Source: Heterodontus francisci (Eukaryota). From it: 64,000 nucleotides of DNA. The translations under genes and the position numbers were made by a program. The notes under the pieces are model-generated. The model was not told where the DNA came from, ran no database searches, and worked only from the letters and a program-made list of their open reading frames with translations. Location: contig NC_090412.1 of assembly GCF_036365525.1 (NCBI RefSeq), positions 8,288,123 through 8,352,122 on the forward strand, written 5' to 3'. Shown here one piece after another: positions 23,727-64,000 of the stretch (position 1 is its first letter; each line of letters begins with the position of its first letter).

Positions 23727-26700
23727 GAACAGTATTCCTTGAGTTTTACAATAGTTGTCATCTTTAAATAACTATTAACATTTATTAAGAGTTTCCTTGA
23801 TTTAAATTTGCCCGAGTCATATCTTGAAGACATAAAACGGTAGAAGTTCCCCTCAGGGCACCAGATTCATTGGCTTTATTTGAACTAGTCCAATCGTGGA
23901 ATTCTTTTTCAACGGTCCGCATGATTTTTATTTTTGTTACTACCGGGAGATGTTGGTGCACGACAGTCCTCCACTTCCGACACCACATATACATCAAATG
24001 AAAGCCACATTCAGAGGAAAGCTCCCTGTCCATCTTCCCAACAGCACATCCTAATCCTGACCCCGCAAACACACCCAATTCCTACAGCAACCATCACAGC
24101 AGCCTCTCTGGTTGAGACTGTTGGTTTACTGTCAGATGATGAATGAAGGCTAATTACAGAAAATCGGGTTCAGACTGTCTGATACTCATTTCATTTAAAC
24201 CCAGCATGTGCGGGGATGCAGAAGTCAGTCTATCAATGCATTAGCTCTTAAGAGTCTTCCTCAATGCTGACCTGACATTTCAGCTAACTTCTGTTCTACC
24301 AGATGCTACCTGACTTGCTGAGTGGCTCCAGGATAGGCCGTATTTTCTTTTCCACATTTTCATTTCACACAAGATCCTCTTTTAACCTGTGGAGTGAGCA
24401 AAGATTTTTCTGCACTGGATTCAAGGACAGGTCCCAGAGATGAAAGGACACCTAGCTAACTCACCATGACACCAAGACCCTCATTATAGGCAATCCCCTC
24501 TGCTCTCAACTCTATAGTTCCCAAAGGTGAAAAGGCAGTGTGCTGAATTATAGTCACCCAATCCCTACACACTCACCTCCCTGGTTAGCCGAAAATAAAG
24601 ACTGAGAGTCAATATTCAGGGAGAAGTAGACTTTCATAAAATAGAGTTTGATTAATGGCTGTGGAGACACCTAACTGTTGCTACCAGACCTTCCCTTCAT
24701 TCTCTATCACTAACTGAATAATATTAAACCATTACGGAGTTCAGATCCAGCTCCTCCCCCCCAGTGCACCTCCCCCACGGCTCCTCGAAAGTGGACATTG
24801 TCCCATTTATCTCATTTTATAAGGGTTACCTTCATCAAAATAGTACATTTAATGCAAATACTCTAGCATTCACATGGCGGTATCGCACAGCACAGGGTCA
24901 TGGCCTAAGACTGCCTCTGTGGTATGGAAATGATATTAATATCCAGCTACAGTGAGTAACTTGTGTGCAAATAACAAGCTGAATGTCAGTGTTGGAGGCC
25001 AACCAGCGGGAATCTCCACTCTTTTTCCCTTCTCCAATAGGTTCACCAGAGAAACAACTGCAATAGTACAAATGATGCAGAGCTTCAACTGCTGACACAG
25101 TCCATTGCACAGCCACATGCGATGGTGCGAGAGACCTCACTGCCAGGCCTATGGGATACGACAGGGTTGAGAAAGGCCATTCGGCCCACCTATCCCTAGC
25201 CCCTCCCAGAGAACATTACAGCATTTCACTTCCCCCCCCCCCCCCAACATCATACCCTTACAGCAGGAGGGCCAAATCACTGGGAGCCAGGTGAAAGAGC
25301 TCTTTTTACTCTCGTCTGCCGTACCGGAAGGATACACAAGAACCCAAAGAAAAAAAACACTTGAAAAAACTCAATCCAGCAGCATTGAAGGTGACAGAGA
25401 CTTTGTGGAGTTGATCTGGACGCTGTGCAATGGTGTGAACCAGCTAACAGTGGGTCTTGCCATCCAAGTTATGGAAATAAAAATGGGGAGAAGTTTGGAA
25501 CTCTCTTCTGCAAACGGCAATCGATGCTAGCATCAATTGTTAATTTTAAAACTGAGCTCGACAGATTGTTAGCCAAAGGAATTAAGGGAAGGTGGGGTGG
25601 GGGCAAAGGTGGGTATATGGAGTTAGGTCGTGATCAGCCATGATCTCATTGAATGATAGAACATGCTGGAGGGGCTGAATGGCCTCCTCCTGTTCCTGCG
25701 TTCCAACGCTTTATACAATCGCACAGAGTCCAGATCTACCCTGCAATGTCACACAGCCCCCATCATCTTTAGATTCTTGTTGACTTTCTAGCCTTGGATT
25801 CAACACCACCGACCAGAACAGCAGATGTTTAAAAATATACTTCAGAACGGAGAGGAATAAGACTGAACTGGTTTACCAGACTCCTAATTGTTTAACTAAA
25901 CGGCATGACATCATCAAGTATCCTAAAAGAATTGTTAAAAAGTCTATTATTCATTCTGTGACAATGAATTGTATGAAAAACACATTCAGCTGATTCTGAC
26001 TTTTACTGTAGAATAATTTAACATTTATGGGGTGGAAAGCAAGTGTGAACAGCTGGATGAAGGGGAAAGGAAAGTGAAACACAACATAAATAAGGTATCA
26101 ATGTTCGCACCACAACAGGAGTATTAACTTGTCACTGACATGGGTGTGATTGTCAGTAGTCCCACGCAGGAAAGTGTGACCATGAGAAGCCCCAATTCCT
26201 TAACCTCGATTGGTATAATCCAGGAAGCCACTGTGAGGCGGCAGCAACTGTTAAATAGCGGGTCCCATCAAAACTCAGAAGCACAAAACCAAACCCACCA
26301 AAGCTCTCTGCTGCTTACCTGTGGCAATCTGAGCCAGCCTCAATGCCGCCTTAAATACAAGTTTATTCTGCTCCGTGAAAACACAACAGCCGCGTGGCAA
26401 CTCTCAGGCCTCCTTTGGTTGTGAAGGGCAATGCCTTCCTCTCACGTGCTCGAGAGAGAAGAACAGAGACTTTGCAGGAGGAACCAGCTAAGAATTCAGA
26501 AAATAAAAGTACAAGTTGATCCAAGATCTCCTGTTTGATGATTCATGCCTGACCATGGTCCTGCCCGATAGTGGTGCATCGAGCAAGTATTTTGCCTTAC
26601 TGTCCTTAAGACCACAGTATCTGTGCCCTAGTGTCTGTACCAAAGGCCATGCATTTCAGTCCTTTGGAAAGAGAACCACTTTTGCACCATCCAGTCCTTG

Positions 26701-26819
26701 AACCATACATGCGCCAACCAACATGAGCAGCTACCACTGGCACTACACTAAAGTCAGGAGTTGTAACCGAACGTACAACATGCTAGCCAGTCTGAGTGCA
26801 GAGCTCAACTAACGGTGTG

Positions 26820-63387
<36,568 letters not shown>

Positions 63388-64000
63388 TCAGAAAAGGGAG
63401 AAGTTCAGACCCAAAGCGAAACAGAAAACCTTCTGAGCTTTTTAGAAAACTATTTGGTTTTCCTCGGTGTTGTTAGTGATATGTCACAGGCTGTGCTATG
63501 GAGTTCCAACACAGAAACAGGCCATTCGGCCTGTAAAGTCTGGCGTTTATGCTCCATACAAACCTCCTCCCACCTCTCTTCATCTCACCCTATCAGTGTT
63601 TTCTTCTAAAAGAATATGTGTTCGTAATAAAGTGAGAAAACGGTGAATGGGACTAGGCTTGTGTCTCCTCGAGCATAGAAGATTAAGGGGTAATCTAAAT
63701 GAGGTGATTAAAGCAGTTGATCGGTTGATAGAGAGAAACTATTTCCTCTGGTGCGGGAGTACAGTACAAAGTAGCATAACCTTAAAATGAGAGCTAGGCT
63801 ATTCGGGGGTGATGTTCAGAAGCACTCTTCACACAAAGGGGAGTGGAAATCGGGAACTCTCTCCCCCAAAAAGCTGTTGAGGCAAGGGGTCAACTGAAAA
63901 TGTCCAAACTGAGATTGACAGTTTTTTTTTTGTTAGGCAAGGGTTATCAAGGTTATGCAACCAAGGCAGGGAGATGGAGCTATTGTACAGATCAGCCATG

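Overview
Vertebrate genomic DNA, almost certainly a shark or other elasmobranch, judging by the repeat landscape (CR1, L2 and RTE LINEs, V-SINE/HE1-type and DeuSINE/SacSINE-type SINEs, GC-rich MITEs). Two genes are supported, both on the minus strand. (1) The 3' part of PSD (EFA6A, an Arf6 GEF): eight phase-consistent coding exons from the end of Sec7 through the PH domain and coiled-coil (63381 down to 26820), plus an internal CpG-rich alternative first exon matching the short EFA6As isoform. (2) About 3 kb past the likely PSD polyA site lies a complete, open, stand-alone antigen-receptor-like gene in unrearranged configuration: leader (20568-20607), one V with a 23-RSS (18664-19016), one J with a 12-RSS (17362-17440), one C1 exon (16722-17063), a Cys-containing connecting-peptide exon (13885-13959) and a TM/cytoplasmic exon (13125-13282). 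It has IgL/TCR-like V and C domains, no visible D segment, and a TCRbeta/gamma-like TM lacking the CD3-binding lysine. It fits none of the classical shark IgH, IgL or TCR chains as I know them and is the main candidate novelty. A degenerate, convergently oriented CP/TM-like remnant near 9.5-10.7 kb may be a dead partner chain (speculative). Repeat coordinates are approximate. No database searches could be run.
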